From positions 4,154,001 through 4,218,000 of the forward strand of contig JBLDXI010000001.1 in NCBI GenBank assembly GCA_047495785.1: a stretch of DNA of 64,000 nucleotides, given 5' to 3'. The position numbers and the translations under genes are program-made. Of the stretch, positions 62,787 through 64,000 are shown piece after piece. Within the stretch, counting starts at the first letter, position 1. Every line of letters begins with the position of its first letter. The notes under the pieces were generated by a model. That model saw nothing but the letters and a program-made list of their open reading frames with translations. It was not told the origin of the DNA and did not search any database. Source of the stretch: Lepidodermella squamata (Eukaryota > Animalia > Gastrotricha).

Positions 62787-63195
62787 CATAGAGAAAAAAT
62801 GACCAGAGAAAGCACTCAAGCTAAAATATCTAAATCCTCATTTTAATTCAAAGTTGACTTTCTCAAAACGGATATCTCCGTTTTCTACCAAATTTTGCAT
62901 GCCTATAGAACGCGAGCTGCTCTTTCACGTGGTATAAGATTTGAGGTGGGCAACCCAACCGTTGTTACGATACAAAAACCTCGTTTTCACTATGGTTTTA
63001 CTTAGTTTGATGATATCAAGACTGAGCAGCAATTGCCCACCTCAAATTTTATACCACGTGAAAGAGCAGCTCGCGTTCTATAGGCATGCAAAATTTGGTA
63101 GAAAACGGAGATATCCGTTTTGAGAACGCACTTCTATAATAATGGAGATCAATATTTTAGCTTGAGTGCTTACTCTGGTCATTTTTTTCTCTATG
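62787..63195. mobile_element. Fold-back CATAGAG-family MITE
   Basis: Arms of ~165 bp (catagagaaaaaatgaccagag..gaggtgggcaa / ttgcccacctc..ctctggtcatttttttctctatg). Perfect TSD GCTGAGTC at 62779-62786 and 63196-63203. Confidence 0.93.
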
Positions 63196-63374
63196 GCTGA
63201 GTCATAAGTCTTGGCGTATGAGGGTGAAAGACCACTAGTGCCTAGTGCCTTTTCGAGGATTTTTGTTTTGTTTTTGTTTCAATGTTGATCATTTTATTGA
63301 TTATTATATCAATCTAATTGCCGATCAAAAAAAAAGAAATTAACCGAGTAAGTATTTTCATTTTTCATGGCACC

Positions 63375-63860
63375 TATTGATTGGCTTTGTCGCCTCACCA
63401 TTGTGTGTCTGTTTCGATGATCACGGCACCTGCATCAACAGGTCGAGGATCTTAAACTTTCGTCAAGCTCAATTGGCAAACACCTGGCCACTCACGAAGT
63501 GCCGAATAGCTTCAATATTCATGCCCACTTCAAGGTGTTACGCAAGTGTCCTAACAGATGGGACTGCCTGGTGCGCGAGAGCTTACTCATCAAGAAAACG
63601 AAGATCGCTGTGAGCCTCAACGTGCAGTCCGACTCAATAAAATTGAAGCTATTTTTACAGATGATATTTTATCCTGATTCTTTGTTGTGATTTCGCCCTT
63701 TTACTGTACTAATTCTTGGTTTGTTTCTTTGTTATAGCCTGATGATGGTCCGCGCAAGGGCCGAAACGTCGCTTAAAAATAAGAATAAAGTTGTGGTTAA
63801 AAGCAACCTACGGTCGCTCTCTTTTTTACTCAATGTTTACCCAACTCGGGTATTTATCTT
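63375..63860 (+). mobile_element. Penelope-like retroelement 3' remnant (GIY-YIG endonuclease tail and pseudo-LTR)
   Basis: Frameshifted SSIGKHL..HFKVLRKC.NRWDCLVRESLLIK....SLNVQSDSIKLKLF, typical of the PLE GIY-YIG C-terminus. Followed by a T-rich tract, a hammerhead motif and AATAAA. Confidence 0.85.
63736..63773 (+). ncRNA. Minimal type I hammerhead ribozyme of the Penelope pseudo-LTR
   Basis: agc-CUGAUGA-u-ggucc(gcgcaa)gggcc-GAAA-cg-UC-gcu: conserved core, 5-bp stem II, palindromic ACGU stem III and 3-bp stem I. Confidence 0.85.
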
Positions 63861-64000
63861 ATCAGTAAATCGAAGAGTTTTGCCATCCTAGTGTATTTTG
63901 TTTATTATTTATTTATTTATTTTTCATCATTTTATTTAATGATTACTTCTTTATGATCTTTAAGAACTCAAAATTTACTCATCTTCCTGTGGGCCTTTTC

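Overview
Eukaryotic (invertebrate animal) genomic DNA with short GT-AG introns (mostly 50-70 bp) and many non-autonomous transposons. It has no prokaryotic features, and I found no rRNA, tRNA or CRISPR array. Many ORFs in the track are exon fragments or antisense shadows, so I rebuilt the genes by hand from splice sites. Genes: (1) a secreted protein on the minus strand with about 22 single-exon EGF modules and at least 3 C-type lectin domains, running off the left edge; (2) five paralogs of an unrecognised secreted Cys-rich family with a WWxCP motif, a Thr-rich stalk and a C-terminal Cys hairpin; (3) five class C GPCRs with GABA-B-like architecture (Venus flytrap + 7TM) in two subfamilies, two of them disrupted; (4) two ABO-like family-6 glycosyltransferases; (5) a three-domain i-type lysozyme with a hydrophobic tail; (6) a small prepropeptide-like gene ending in a C-x4-C ring; (7) an L-galactose-dehydrogenase-like aldo-keto reductase, an NHL-repeat protein and a small signal-anchored protein. 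Mobile DNA: a decayed RLE-type non-LTR retrotransposon, an L2/CR1-type LINE 3' end, a Penelope remnant with a minimal hammerhead ribozyme, and about 14 TIR elements, most with identifiable TSDs. These include a nested 5.5-kb insertion and a 37-bp micro-MITE. The best candidate for an undescribed system is the cluster of secreted, surface and glycan genes at 32-42 kb (WWxCP family, GT6, peptide precursor, multi-domain lysozyme), flanked by orphan class C receptors. Any functional link between them is inference.
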